NCBI GenBank assembly: GCA_964016885.1
Contig: OZ024741.1
Span: 340,132,001 to 340,196,000, forward strand
Length of the DNA: 64,000 nt
Reading direction: 5' to 3'
From: Eledone cirrhosa
Taxonomy: Eukaryota
Each line of letters starts with the position of its first letter. Position 1 is the first letter of the stretch. The notes under the pieces are model-generated. The model saw only the letters and a program-made list of their open reading frames with translations, ran no database searches and had not been told where the DNA came from. Positions 49,650-63,740 of this stretch are shown here, piece by piece. The position numbers and the translations under genes are program-made.

Positions 49650-51633
49650 TGAGTAATAATAAATATTACCCAATTACAAGAGTATGAAAATAGCTCAATG
49701 TGAAATAACAAGTATACTACAGAGCCGAAATGTGATTACCAAAACTTCTTGTACACCTCCCAATAAATTTTGTAGCCTTTGCCTTCTTGAGTTTCATACT
49801 ATTATTTATTCTAAACTAAATTTATTAAATAGGAAATCTGAAATTGTTTCCACTTGTCCTCATATTAATCACCATTCTTTTCACTATTTTAGACCTAGTA
49901 ACTAATTTATATCAATGTAGATTTATACCTTATTTTTTCAGTAACATTAGTATCATTGTATAAACCTAAAAGTTTATAATATGTTTAACTACTATATAGT
50001 GTCTACCATTCTTCACACATCCCCTCCCTGATATCTTCTGTTGCGATTACAATTTATTATAACCACCCCTTCACATTTAGGCAATATATTGTTATATTGT
50101 TTCCAAACAAGCCCCACTTATGTTTATTTTTGTTAATATCTAAAGTATAATAAAGGAAGGTATGCGGCATTGCGTACAGTTTATTTTTTATTTTTATCCC
50201 GTTTGTAAAATAAGTTGGATTACTTTGAATAAATAATGAATGAATATTACATAATTTATCTACTAAATTTCGTGGCTGTTCATTAAATATATTTTGTTTA
50301 TTTAAAGATTCACTTCTTTAAAATTTCTGAAATGTCAACACTTCCGGTGGCGATCGCTTAAATAAACATACTAACTTTCCGTCACTAATTTTCTTCTAAT
50401 ACAGTTTATATGTAATATCGTCTTTTTTTATGTATCATGGATTACGTTACTGATTAAATAAGACAGTGTAACAGTCTTCGTTCAATTTCTATGTATTATA
50501 TATTGTCAATTATGATTTTATTTGATGTATCATATCTACATATATATATATTTGCGTATAATATCAATATACACACTACATATGCTAACAGAAAACCACC
50601 CGAAGTGTGGTTTTTCTGCTAGTTATATATAATAGTTTTTTCTGCTAGTTATATATAATAACCATTGCTTCACACTTTATTTTTTTGGTAGTATCTTTTC
50701 AATACTTGTATAATTAACTAGTATAATTTTTTATCCTTTAATATTGTTTGACATTTTATGTATATATAATAAATTTTTTTAATAATACATAGCATTTTAG
50801 TATACATAGATAATTTTTATCTGTATTTTGTAATTTTATTAGTTTTTAAAAATTCTTTAGTTCTACAATCAGTAGCCTTAAAAAAAAATTTTAAGTCGAT
50901 ACATCTCCTTTATTTTTATTTTCGTCTTTACCGTTTTATTAAGGATTAATTTTTTTTAATTCCATGCTAAGATGGGTTTTTTTTACGCTAAATGATATAT
51001 GACTTTGTCTCCTCTATTCAACTATGTGGTACTTTTTGATGATGTGTCTTGATAACACTTAAATCTATATTTGATTTTTTACTTTGATAATTCTATTTGC
51101 TTTGGACGGTTTGAAAAATAATAATTATTATTATTATGACTGAATTACGTAGTCGAACTTTTTTTAATGTATTATTAAAAACATTTTTTGGAGATGTATT
51201 TTTAAATTTATATTTGAATTGCATGCTTCATCTTGTTAACTTTATTAATTTTCTTTACTGCTTATGATATATGTTTTTCACTGAACTTAATTTTTCTGTA
51301 ACAGCATGTTTTTTAATTTTTCTGTAACAGCATGTTTTTTAATTTTTTTAATTTCTAATTTTTAATACTTTTAACTGCTCCTAATTTTTATTGCACTTAT
51401 ATGGTCTTATTCTTCATAAGCTTCTTCCGCCTCTGTTATCTTATATAAATGTTGATACTTATGCTTAACTGGCTTCCCATATTATGTATCCTCATAATGT
51501 TCTTGTAACAAAGTTCTGATACTATATTGGCGTTTGACCTTTATTATCTACTCTGATGAATCCGGCCTTGTGTTAGGATGAAACGATAATAAGTGATTAA
51601 ATGTTTTAAACACTCTTTGATTGTCATCTACAT

Positions 51634-51636
<3 letters not shown>
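49650..51636 (+). mobile_element. Penelope-like 3' fragment (CxLCLxE...LLNRKSE..STCPH) with long AT-rich UTR and terminal HHR 51549-51595
   Basis: ORF 49684-49905; tact-CTGATGA-atccggccttgtgttaggat-GAAA-cgataa-TA-agtg. Linking the ORF to the HHR is inferred. Confidence 0.6.
50330..50650 (+). mobile_element. Helitron-like non-autonomous element
   Basis: 3' hairpin cagaaaaccac...gtggtttttctgCTAG|t; end motif duplicated at 50635-50648; copies at 12095 and 13796. Confidence 0.55.
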
Positions 51637-51677
<41 letters not shown>

Positions 51678-51687
51678 TATATATATC

Positions 51688-54600
51688 TTGGTTGTCCATA
51701 GTAAACGATGATGACATCTTCTTTATTGTTGTTCCCGTAAGCCGTGGGCACGAAGGTGGCTGTGGAGGCCGATCCTTGACTTGCAGGTCCGGGGGCAGGG
51801 AAAGAGACCGGAGTCACTTAGGGCAGCTGCTGAAGCGTTTCTCCTCCTTTCACGGGCCTCAGTGACCTCTGCCAGTCTCTTCTCTTCAAAAGAGTCTTTG
51901 GCGCGTCTGGTAAGGGCTCGCCACTCAGTCCTGTCCTGAGCATGGGACTCTAGCTGTTTTGGGGCGATTCCAGTGTTGTTGATGCTGGACTTCACACAGT
52001 CCTTGAACCTCTTGAGAGGCTTCCATCGCTGCTGATGACACTGTCGAGGTACTTGAAGTCGTCCACCGTCTTTAGCTGGGTGCCTCCGATGGAGATGGAA
52101 GGAGGGTAGGGGACGGAGGCGGGTGCAGGCTGGAACAGGACCTCAGTCTTTCCAAGGCTAATTGTGAGACCGAAGAGGCAGGAGCCCTCCGCGAACTTGT
52201 TGACGATGACTTGGAGGTCAGACTCCCTGTGGGCCATGAGGGAACAGTCGTCAGCAAAAAGTGCCTCCAGGACGATCCTCTGCACCGTCCTTGTCTTGGC
52301 CGTCAGGCGCCGGAGGTTAAACGGAGCCGTCCAGTCTGTATCGCAGATACACTCTGTGCTCGAGGTCCCTGACGGCATGATTGAGCACGCAGGTGAAGAA
52401 CAGGTTGAAGAGGACGGGAGCCAGCACGCATCCTTGCTTGACGCTATTGGTGATTCCGAACGGCTCTAATGCCTCTCCGTCCGAGCGCACTTTCCCGGTC
52501 ATGTCATCATGGAATTACCGTATTAGGTTCACGAACTTGGTTGGGCATCCAAACTGTTGACAGTGTCGAAGGCCTTTGTTATATCTATGAAGACGGCGAA
52601 GAGGTCCATGTTCTGCTCGACAGACTTCTCCTGCACCTGGCGTACAGAGAAGATCATGTCGATCGTGCTGCGGTTTGGGCGTAACCCACACTGGGCCTCA
52701 GGCAGGTTGTCCTCCGAGATGTTGGCGATAAGGCGGTTGAACATGATCCGAGCCAGGACCTTCCCAACGATGGACAAGAGAGAGATGCCCCCATAGTTTC
52801 CACAGTCAGTTTTAGTGCCTTCGTTAAAAAGCGAGACAACTGTGGTATCCCTGAAGTCTTTGGACACCTCTTCTTCCTCCCATATGCTGGCGAGGAGGGT
52901 ATGGAAGGCCCCCAGGGCAGCTGGACCGGCCGACTTGAAGATCTCGGCAGGAATCCCGTCCTTCCCAAGGGCCTTTCCTGAGCTGGTCTGGTTGATTGCC
53001 TTCGTGACTTCATCCAACGTGTGGGGGGGGGGGGGTAGAGGCTGCCGACTACGGGTTTCTGTGGGACCTGGTCGAGGGCGGCAGGGTCGACAGTGGAGAG
53101 CCTGTTGAGCATGTTGCAGAAGTGCTCTCTCCACCTTGAGTTGATGCTGCTCTTCTCCTTCAGCAGGATCGAGCCGTCAGCAGACAGGAGCGGTGTGGTG
53201 ACAGGCTTGGTGGGTCCGTAGACGTCCCCAATGGCGCTGAAGAACATCTTGGAGTTCTTTGTGTCAGCGTATCTCTCGACTTCTTCGGCCTTCTTTTCCC
53301 ACCACTCGTCCTGCATTCTGCGTACCGCTGCTTGGGTGTGCCTCTAGAGGTGTTTGAAGCGGTCGCGCTTCGAGGTGGAGGAGCTGTCATTCTGCCACTC
53401 AATGAAAACCCTCCTCTTCTCGTCCAGGAGTTGTCTGATGCACTCATCGTTTTCATCAAAGCAGTCTTGGTGGACTCTCTTCCTCGGTCCGATGGTTGCC
53501 TTGGTTGACTCTGTCACCAGCGACCTGAACTGGTCCCACTGCTGAGTTAGGGGTCCGGTCAGTGGTCCATGGGCAGTCAGCCGGCCGTCCAGGTCTTCCG
53601 CGAATGCATCACGATGCTCTGGCAGTGACAGGATGGTCCTGACAAGGCGATGGTCGGTCCAACACTCTGCATCACCCTGGTGATTCTGACGTCACGGATG
53701 TCCCTCCTACGGCATATGGCAAAGTCAATCAGATGCCACTGTTTGGATCTGGGGTACATCCATGTCGTCTTGAACTTGTCTTCCTGGAGGAACAATGTGC
53801 TGGTGATGGTGAGGTCGTTCTCTGCGCAGAAACTCAACAGTATGAGGCCGTTAGAGTTCAGCTTCCCTGTGCTGTGAGGTCCCAGCACGCCTCCCCAGTT
53901 GCTGCTGTCAGAACCGACTTTTTCGTTGAAGTCTCCCAGTAGGATGAGTTCATCGCTTGGGAGGATGCCCTTCACGAGTGCGTTGAGTTCCCCGTAGAAA
54001 GCGTCCTTTGCTTCATCGCTGCTGATGACTGTGACATGCCGAGATGGGTCGAGGGGGAAGCAGAGCTTCATCAGCCGCTCACTCACATGTGTTGGGATGT
54101 CTGGTAGCTGCTTGCAGAGCGAAGTCCTGATGGCCAGGCCTACCCCGTGGATTCTGTCCTCGCCCTTTGCATTGCCCTTTCAGAAGAAGGTATAGCCTCC
54201 TTTCAGTTCTGTTACTGATCCTTCTTCGGCGAGTCTGGTATCGCTGAGGGCGGATATAACGATCCGGTAGCGAGCTAATTCCCTACCTATGAGGGCAGTT
54301 CTTCTCTCTGGCCTCAAAGAGGTTTCCCTATCCATGAGGGTGCGCACATTCTATGCGCCAAGAATCAAGTTCTTCTTTCTATTATGTTGGTTTTGACCGC
54401 TTGGAAGGGTAAAACCACCAGCCGCGGTAGACTGGCTGGCTTTGTGTGGGGCGAGCATTTGGTTAGGACTCCTTTTATCGCCCCTCTCCTCGTGCGAGGG
54501 TGAGCAGTGCTCCCCTGAAAAGGGCTGCTCAGTCGCCCGGTGGAACGCCTGATCTCCTCTGTCATCCCAGGGTCAGGAGGAGAACGACTTGCGCATCCAG

Positions 54601-55165
54601 GCCGCCCACGTGTGGGTTTGAGACTGGCAACTCCCAGAGTTTACCTCTACCTGTTACCTCCGCTTCTCGCCCATCGCCGCAGGGCTTTGGGAGTGCACGC
54701 TAAAGAAGAAACCTGTGCGGGAAAGGTTTATAGTGGGAGGGCCAGTGCACAGTGACGGTCCCACTCACTCGGCCGCAGAAGCCAGAATCCGGTGGTACGG
54801 AGGACCGTCACGACCAGGGACTTCCTTGGCTGCAGTGGATGGCCACGACGTCTGTAGTGCCTTGCTGTGCCCTAGCGCTCCACACCACTTGCTGTCGCCG
54901 CCTTTGTGACTGTTGGGACGATGTTGTCCTCCGCTCACTCCGGGTCCAGCCTTCGCATGCAGGGGCGGGCATCCCCTACCTACCTCACCGGGGCGTTTCA
55001 GACCCGTCCGGCTATCCTCACCCTGGTTCGGCCAGCCAGCCAAGGCGGTTTACCGGCGTATGGCCGCTGTCGCATGCTACAATTTCTTGGGGCCACAGGT
55101 GAGAGCTGAGTGTCAGGTGGGACCCAATGCAGGACGAGCTGTCCTGAAAAAGGCATGGCTAGCCC
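51688..55165 (-). mobile_element. Near full-length decayed RTE (BovB-like) LINE with 5' UTR
   Basis: GA*NVRTL, LGDFN, WHLIDF, FIDITKAFDTV, VKQGCVLAP, LFADD, terminal CP.TCKSRIGLHSH. Confidence 0.9.
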
Positions 55166-55281
55166 CCCCCCCCCCCCCACACACACACACAGAGGTACAT
55201 GCCCTTCCCTGACTCCCCAGACATATACACAATCATATACATACACATACATATGTGCATGTGTATATACATATTTTCACC

Positions 55282-55466
55282 TTTTTGGATGGCCGTTGAC
55301 TCTTATCAGTTCTTCCGCCCTTTGTCAGGTTGTTTTTTGTCTTGCAGGGTGTCCAAAATCACCCTCCTCACCTTGGTGGGGTTTCCAGTTGAGTCGCCGA
55401 CGACCCGACCATATCACAGGTTGTACTGGTTTACATGTTACCAGTAGGACTCAAGAGTGACCTGAC
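55282..55466 (-). mobile_element. Head of the 4594 non-autonomous family
   Basis: Reverse-complement similarity to 4594-4780. Confidence 0.7.
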
Positions 55467-55470
55467 TATA

Positions 55471-55516
<46 letters not shown>

Positions 55517-55517
<1 letters not shown>

Positions 55518-55916
55518 CGAAAATACTGAGATGGAGAACATTTTTCTACGATAGATACCGCGACAACCAGGACTTCGACACCAAGGAGAGATTCGGATCC
55601 AATACCTACAAATCTCCCCCACCGAACCCTATGCTCTCACCCTTCGAGAACGACCTTTTCCACCTGGTGAAGGGTATAAAATTCAAACCCAGACACAACA
55701 GATTCCTACAACAACTCTGTAGCAAAATAACGGAGTATGAAAGCACCAACGACATCCTGGTGCATTCGGACAAAACTGAGTCCAGAAATAGCCGTCGAAA
55801 CGGCTTGAGCTCTGCCATCGGGGTCATACATTTTCCTATTACCCACTCTACTCCCCTAAGTATTGAGTACTCCCGTTCGTTATGGTCCATCTGGTTCCTT
55901 ACCTCACCTCCTTCGT
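55517..55916 (+). mobile_element. Internally deleted Penelope-like element (N-terminal ORF piece fused to pLTR)
   Basis: FENDLFHLVKGIKF..ILVHSDKT (pre-RT motif) joined to the pLTR shared with 22897-23090. Confidence 0.65.
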
Positions 55917-56026
55917 TATATATATATATATGTCTACAGACACACAGAGAGATCGGAGCAGTAAGCTATTACAAGCTATGTGAAAGATTCACCGCTACCT
56001 TCAGGCCGCAGAGGTCTACAGACCAT

Positions 56027-56077
<51 letters not shown>

Positions 56078-56275
56078 TCGCAGACTACACCAATCGCATG
56101 AACCAACAACAAAATAACATGGTCAACCTTCGCAACGAATGGTAACTTGTTTATTGTATATTTTGACTGAAGTGAAGTAAACCTTTATATATAAAGTAAA
56201 TCAACCATTCTTGTTATTACATTAACAACCATGCTAATCCATCTAACAATTTCTAACTACTAAAAATACCCTTCG

Positions 56276-56866
<591 letters not shown>

Positions 56867-56999
56867 CATGTATATATATATATATATATATATACATACA
56901 TTGTATATATATATATATAAGCAATATATATTAAGCAAATGCCCCCCTCCCCCCTCCCCGCTTATTTCACCACCACTCCATATTATTTAGGATCCAAGA

Positions 57000-57049
<50 letters not shown>

Positions 57050-57529
57050 GGGCGGTGGAAGCATTTCTGAATGGGGGTGGGCAAATTTGGTCAATTTAGT
57101 TGTAGTGATTAGCTTAGCTCTTTGCACTCTAAAGTTGTCAGAAAATACAAGCAGTTCATATTACATTTACAGTTCATATCACATTTACAGCTTTCAGTAA
57201 TTATAAAGTGATTATAGCAAAATGACCTCTGAAATCTGTCTCTGAATACACATAGTAGCCATTGGGAAACAGTGAAAAAGGAGAAAAAGTTATGACATGA
57301 CAAAAAATTGACTAAGATATAAAAAAAACTTCGATATGCGATAAACATAACATACATAAATTGTAGCACATATATCAATAGATGTGTGTTTTGGTAGTTT
57401 GGGGAGAAAAATATAATTATTTGGGGGAGGGGATATTCCCCTTACACATACGCATATACACATACGCATACGAGATACATGAACGCGCATATAAACCTAA
57501 ACATAAATATATGCACTCACACTCGCATG

Positions 57530-57561
<32 letters not shown>

Positions 57562-58289
57562 CATACATATACAGATAGATGCATAAATATACATACATAC
57601 AAATACACACACATACATATAAGTGCATACACGCACACACACACACACACATGAACGCCCGTATACACATATAAACATGCGTACATATATACACATAAAA
57701 TGCACGCAAACTTGTAAATAAATACATGCCTACACACAGGTATGCATACATATAGATATAAATATGAATATACAAGTTCCAGTTCATACATACATATATA
57801 TATATATATGGAGCAGGTGGGTGTATGTGTACTGTGGTGGTGGTAGGGAGAGGATGGGTGTAGTTGTGGTGGTGGTGGAGAATTAAAGAATTGAATAATA
57901 TTATGGGATTATATATGATGATGGTAGTGGGAGCGGGGTGGTGTTTGTGTGTGTGCGTGTGTGTGTGTGCGCGTCCGTGAGCGTTAGGTGTACGTAGGAT
58001 GTAAGGAGGTAAAGAAAAATGAAAGATTTGAAGAATTGATAATGGCAAAAACGAAAGAAAAGAATATTAAAATAGAGGAAAATTAGAAAAGGTAGCAGAA
58101 TATATTAAATTAAATTAAATTAAAATTAAGAATTAAAAAATTAATAAATTAAAAAAATTTAAAAATGATCAAAATGTCATTAAAATTTTTTTTTTTTTTC
58201 CGAATATAAAAATTTGAAATTTGAAAGTGATATGGAATGGGATTAGAAGAATGTTAATTACCCCTTCTCAATTAAATCCTCCTTCCCCC

Positions 58290-59140
58290 AGCCCTAGGCA
58301 CTTGATTATCTCAGAATGAGGAACTATGTCAAATCCCTTCTTATAATCTATCCATCCCATGGCAAGATCAATATGCCTCAACTTGCAGCTCCTTATTATC
58401 ATCTTGTCAATAAGTAACTGGTCTTTTGTACCACGGGACTTCTTTCGGCATCCTTTCTGTTCCTCCAGCAATAAGTTGTTTATGTCGAGGTGGTGATAGA
58501 TTTCTTCAAACTTAATACTTGTTAGTAATTTCCACATCAATGACAGACATGTGATAGGCCTATACTTTATAAAGTATTTTCCCTTGACTTGACGGGGTCG
58601 ATAAAATAAAGTATCAGTAATGCACTGGGTATTTGCTGGCCTTGTGCCTAAAGTAGAAACAATTATTAGAAGGGCGGTGGATTGGCAGTATCGGTAGAAG
58701 GTCGGACGCCATGCTTTGACGCATAGTTATGGCCCTTGCCATTCTGAGTTCAAATCCCGCCGAAGTTAACTTTGCCTTTCATCCTTACGGGGTCGATAAA
58801 ATAAAGTACCAGTAATGCACTGGATAATTGCTGGCCTTGTGCCTAAAGTAGAAACAATTATTAGAACTGTGGTGCCTTTTGTCAACCACTGCAGTACGTC
58901 ACGCGACATCAGGTAGTCATTGAATACTGCTGTCAATATTGGGTGGAGAGATCTTGTATTCTTAGTCTAATATCCTTGCACACCACCCAGGCCTGGTGAT
59001 TTCCAGTTGGTTAATTTATTGGCCTGCTCTTTAAGGGTTTCAACCAAGATACTTAAATCATGTTTGTGTGCTTGTTCATTAACCTCCATTTTAACAGTCT
59101 CAATCCATTCTACCCGACTATTATGCTCAACATCATGCTC
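58290..59140 (-). mobile_element. R4/Dong RT fragment interrupted by SINEs (58592-58666, 58672-58863 +)
   Basis: [34 protein letters not shown]. Confidence 0.75.
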
Positions 59141-59184
59141 CCAAATTCCTCACTAAAATGCGTTTGTCCGTTCAGGCTCAGGAA

Positions 59185-61420
59185 TTCTATTGGCATCGCG
59201 ACTGACCTGCTAGTGATGAGAATTGCATTAGACCATTTTTTCAATGCAAAACATGTAGGTTGCATTGTCAGAGCTAAGGCGCATATTCTACGAAAGAAAG
59301 TACGAAGCTGTTCAATGGGTACATGTTGCTAGGTGCAGCATGGTAACACGATTCGCTTTTTAACAGACTGAGACAAACGCGTGCTAAAAGATTCTGGGCA
59401 GATATGTGTAGCCTTTCACCAGCAGTTTTCTCAACTCTTTGGGAAGGCTGGAGGTCAGAGATGGTGGCAGACATCAGTTCCTACTTCGACGGCCTCCCGG
59501 GATGCTGGGTGCTGTGAAAGGCCAATAACATCAGCCGAGATTCGGGATGCCCCGATCGGTTGCATGAGGCACAATTCACCTGATTTGGATGGTCTGCCCT
59601 ACAAGTTTTACATAGAAATGGCAGGCTTGTTCTTTAGATAATTTCAGGCCCATAATTCTGTTAAACACAGAGTTTAAGATTTTGACCAGGGTGTTAGCGA
59701 AGAGATCGGTGCTTGTCGTCGAGGGTCAGGTAGGGGAGGGGTAAAAAAATTGTGCCCTCTCGACCAGTTTGTTGAAAGGTGGGTGGGAGAGACAAGAATG
59801 ACACATGTGAATGGGCCTGCCATGACGCATGCCTGTAGCATTGAAGGAAGACAACAGGGAGAGGGCGTTTGCCCTAGCAGTCTGGGTCACCGCGGCTTTT
59901 GTGGGCTTTCTCCCACCTATTGGGGAATTCTTTTTGCGTCTATTTTTTTATGTTACATTTTTTGTTATTTTTATTGTTTCCTTTTATACAGGAACCCATA
60001 TTTATACCATCTTGTACCATCCTTAATATTTTCGTAAATTTTCCTATTTATATAAACCCTTATTGTTAATAAAGAAATCATTATTTATTCGGCACTTGCT
60101 TGGAGGATATGAAAGGTTGGCTGTAGCAAAACTGAACCCTGAAAAGTTAGTGGGCTAGCAGCTCAGCATCTAGAGAGGCAAGTCCATGCCGTTCAAGAGC
60201 ATTGTAGGGTACTGGACGGACAGACCAGTATTGTTACTCAGGGTCAGATTCAGAATAGATCTCCAGGTGGATAAGAATTGGGATGAGGTTATGATCAGCT
60301 TGGCCACTCTCATCCAGAAATGGGAGAGAGGAAGCTGTCTCTGAAAATTCAGACGGAGGTAGCGAATGCGTACATCGCGTCTGTCATCTATTACCGCCTG
60401 GCCGCCGTGCCTTGCCCCTGTTTGAGCCTCCTCAAATTGGAACGGCTCCTCTTCAACTTCTTGTGGAGGGGACAGATTCTGTTGGCGAGGCGATCCATCT
60501 GCTGTCAGCACCCTCTATATGAAGGGCTGGCCATGCCGTGGCTAATGATGTGCAAACAAACGCTGAGGTTGCAGCATCTCCAGATACACTGCCTAAACGG
60601 TGAACTGGTATGTTTGCCATTTGTGAGACAGACCTTTCTGCAGCTCGTCTCTTTGACTGAGCTACAGTCCTGGGTCAAGAGGAGACCAAGTCTGGGCGCC
60701 TGGCATCTGGAATATTGCCAGGCGCTCATTGCCCTCTACCAGGTGGTCAATGCGGTCAGTGGGACTTCCACTCTCGAGTTCTATAGAGGATTAGTAGTGG
60801 GCAAGTGTGACAACGCACTCGGAGAGGCTCTGGGCATTAACTATGTCAAACTGACCAGTCTGTTTCGGAGGAATTTTGGGCCGGGGACTATGGATAACTT
60901 CCAGAAACCCCTCGCTTGGCAGTGCTACCGAGGAATACTGCCGGTTCGAGATAATCTCTACGGGCATGGAAGTTCTGTCAGATGCGCACAAAACAACGAA
61001 AGCCTCCTGTATGCACTCGTCTAGCGTCCGTGTATTACTGACTTGTGGAGTTATGTCAAACAGCTGTTGTTGCGTGTAGGACAGATCCGGCTATCGACTG
61101 AGTCGATAGTGAAGATCGCCCCACTGCCTTCATTTGGCTCGGAAGGGCAGGCAGTTTTCCTCCGTCTGGTGGCGGTGGCGAAAGATGTTTTGTGGTGGAC
61201 CAGGCTGAAAGGACTGAAGACAGGCACTTTTCTCTTTGGCCAATCCCTCATCAACCTTTTTACGTTTACTTGGAAAGAAAGGTGAGGGTGGATAGAGACG
61301 TGCTGCCCCACCCCAGTACATTTGCTAAAAAGTGGGTGATTTTGCGAATGGCCCGTGTGAATTGGCCTACTCTGAGAATACACCTTTAGGCTGGTTAATT
61401 TGAGGAGGAGAGGGGTGCCC
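59185..61420 (+). mobile_element. Decayed, rearranged Tx1 copies of the 27773 family (59185-59735, 3' end 59750-60085, 60130-61420)
   Basis: ALDHFFNAKH, LDGLPY, EVANAYIASVIYYRL, MDNFQKPLAWQCYRG; aataaagaaatcatta terminus at 60068. Confidence 0.85.
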
Positions 61421-61451
61421 TTCCCGAGTGCCCTGAAAGCGTCGGATGGTT

Positions 61452-62415
61452 CAAGGTCAATTTAATCGACTTTCTCCTTCCCTTCAAATTGCTGGCCTTG
61501 TGCCTATAGTAGAAACTATTATTATTATTATGGCTATCACACCGAGGGCGGTGGATTGGCAGTATCAGTAGAGGGTCGGACGCCATGCTTTGCAGCATAG
61601 GGTTATGGCCCTTTATGTTCTGAGTTCAAATCCCGCCGAGCTTAACTTTGCCTTTCATCCTTACGGGGTCGATAAAATAAAGTGCCAGTCATGCAGTTGG
61701 GATCGATTTAATTGACTTTCGCCTCCCCCAAAATTGCTGGCTTTGTGCCTATATAAGAAACCATTATTATGGCGGTGGATTGGCAGTATTGGTAGAGTGT
61801 CGGATGCCATGCTTTGGCGCATAGAGTTACGGCCCTTGCCATTCTGAGTTCAAATCCCGCCGAGGTTAACTTTGCCTTTCATCCTTACGGGGTCGATAAA
61901 ATAAAGTACCAGTAATACACTGGGTAATTGCTGGCCTTGTGCCTAACGTAGAAACAATTATTATGGCTATCACAAAGTATGTAGCAGTGCTGGTATCTGT
62001 AGTAGTGCTGGTGGTGGTAGCGGTGTTGTTGGTGGTGGGTTTGAAGGAGGTAATTTTCTAATTTGTTACTTTTTTTCAAATGCTTCTGTGGTGGTGGTGG
62101 TGGTGGTGGTGGTGGTGGTGGCGGCGGCGGTGTAGGTGCCATTGTGGATGTGTCAACAGTGATATGTTTAATGTTACCAACTGCTTGTTTTGCTTGGTTC
62201 AAGGTCAGCAACATTAGTCTATAAACTGATTGTTGTCTCTTCTTCCTTTGAAGTCGCAATGGCTGCTGTTCAAATCCCATTGGGGTTAACTTTGCCTTTT
62301 ATTCTTAAGGGGTCAATAAAATAAAGTACCAGTCATGCACTGCAGTTGATTTAATCGACTTTCCCCGCCCCCAAAATTGCTGGCCTTGTGCCTAAAGTAG
62401 AAACATTTATTATTA
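61452..62415 (+). mobile_element. Tandem cluster of tRNA-derived SINEs (61546-61768, 61771-61962, 62265-62415)
   Basis: ggcggtggattggcagtat..gtag A box, gagttcaaatcc B box, core and gaaacaattatt tail. Confidence 0.85.
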
Positions 62416-62429
62416 TTAAGGGCGCTGGA

Positions 62430-63740
62430 TTGGCAAAGCTAGAATTAACAATGACTATAGTGTTGAATATAGTGTGCAGGTAGGTGTCCACCAAGGCTCC
62501 GTTCTTAACCTGCTCCTGTTTATTATTGCCCTACAGATTAAGACTGACTGCCCATGGGAATTCCTGCATGCAGATGATCTAACCCTTATAGCAGAATCTA
62601 TGACAAAATTAGAGAAGATATTCCATACCTGGAAGTATGGCCTAGAATTGAAAGGTCATAAAGTTAACTTGTCAGAGACTAAAGCCCTAATATGTAGAAA
62701 GGAAAACCAAGCCCAGATTCCCTCAGATTCCCTATATGTGGCTGACACACATGGACAGTGAGTAGCAAGAGCCCACAGGATACTAGTTCCTTCATATGCC
62801 TAGAGGGATCTGTAGAATTAGTCAACATTTTCTGTTACCGGTATGATGCATGTATACAAACAACAGTGTTGGTAGTCAAACCTGGGTACTGTGTGCAATG
62901 ATTGGAAAGAAATGAAGTCTGCATGCTCCAAGGGATATGTAATAATATACATGAACGGCAAAGCATGAATGAACCAAGTGAGAAACTGGGCATAAGAGGG
63001 ATCAGATACAGTGTGCAGGAGAGGGGATTGCCTTAGTATGGATATGTGATGCATATGAAGGATGACAGCTGTGTAAAAAGGTGCAGGGGGCTCAAAGTTG
63101 ATGACCTTGGAAGACCAAAGGAAGACCTTGGAAGACTTGGAATGAGATGATAAAAGCTGATCTTGCACAATTGCACCTCTGAAATGCAATGGGACATGAT
63201 CGAGATCTTTGGCATTATGCAGTAATACAGAAGACCCGCCTTCCCATGTGTATAGGCTGAAGCATGCATCTAGTATATACCACTTTCCCTTTACTTCCCT
63301 TCCACTTCCATATACCTCTAACATCCTAACACTCCACCCTTCACACATGTCCTTACCTTCCTCACAACCCCCAACTCCACCTCTCCATCATCCCCTACAT
63401 CCACCTCCACCCCTACCTGCATCTCAAACACTCCCTCTACATCAATTCCTACCTCCCTTTACATTTATCTCAAACCTACCCCCACCTCCATTTTACCTCC
63501 ACCACTACCTCCACCACTACCTCTATCTCCACTTTCATCACTAGCCCCACCTTTACCTCGACCTCAACCTGCACTTCCACGTCAACCTCCATTACTACCC
63601 CACATCAACCCCAATATCTTTTAACCGCCACCACTACACCCACCTCCACCACTACCCCCATTTCCACCACCCCTACCTCGACCTTCACCACTATCCCTAT
63701 CTCCCCATCCACCTCAACTACTTCTACATTCACCTTTTAC
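62430..63740 (+). mobile_element. Decayed RTE fragment with C-rich tail (family of 38150-39500)
   Basis: VGVHQGSVL..LHADDL..KVNLSETK; gcagtaatacagaagacccgccttcccatgtg shared. Confidence 0.75.

Noticed and set aside
54400-55165. HDV-like ribozyme in the RTE 5' UTR
   Set aside because: Could not assemble the nested double pseudoknot by eye; needs a descriptor search.
56935-57450. G/C-run termini suggesting a MITE
   Set aside because: Matching TIR pair and TSD could not be defined.
58672-58760. tRNA gene
   Set aside because: A and B boxes belong to the SINE head; no cloverleaf.
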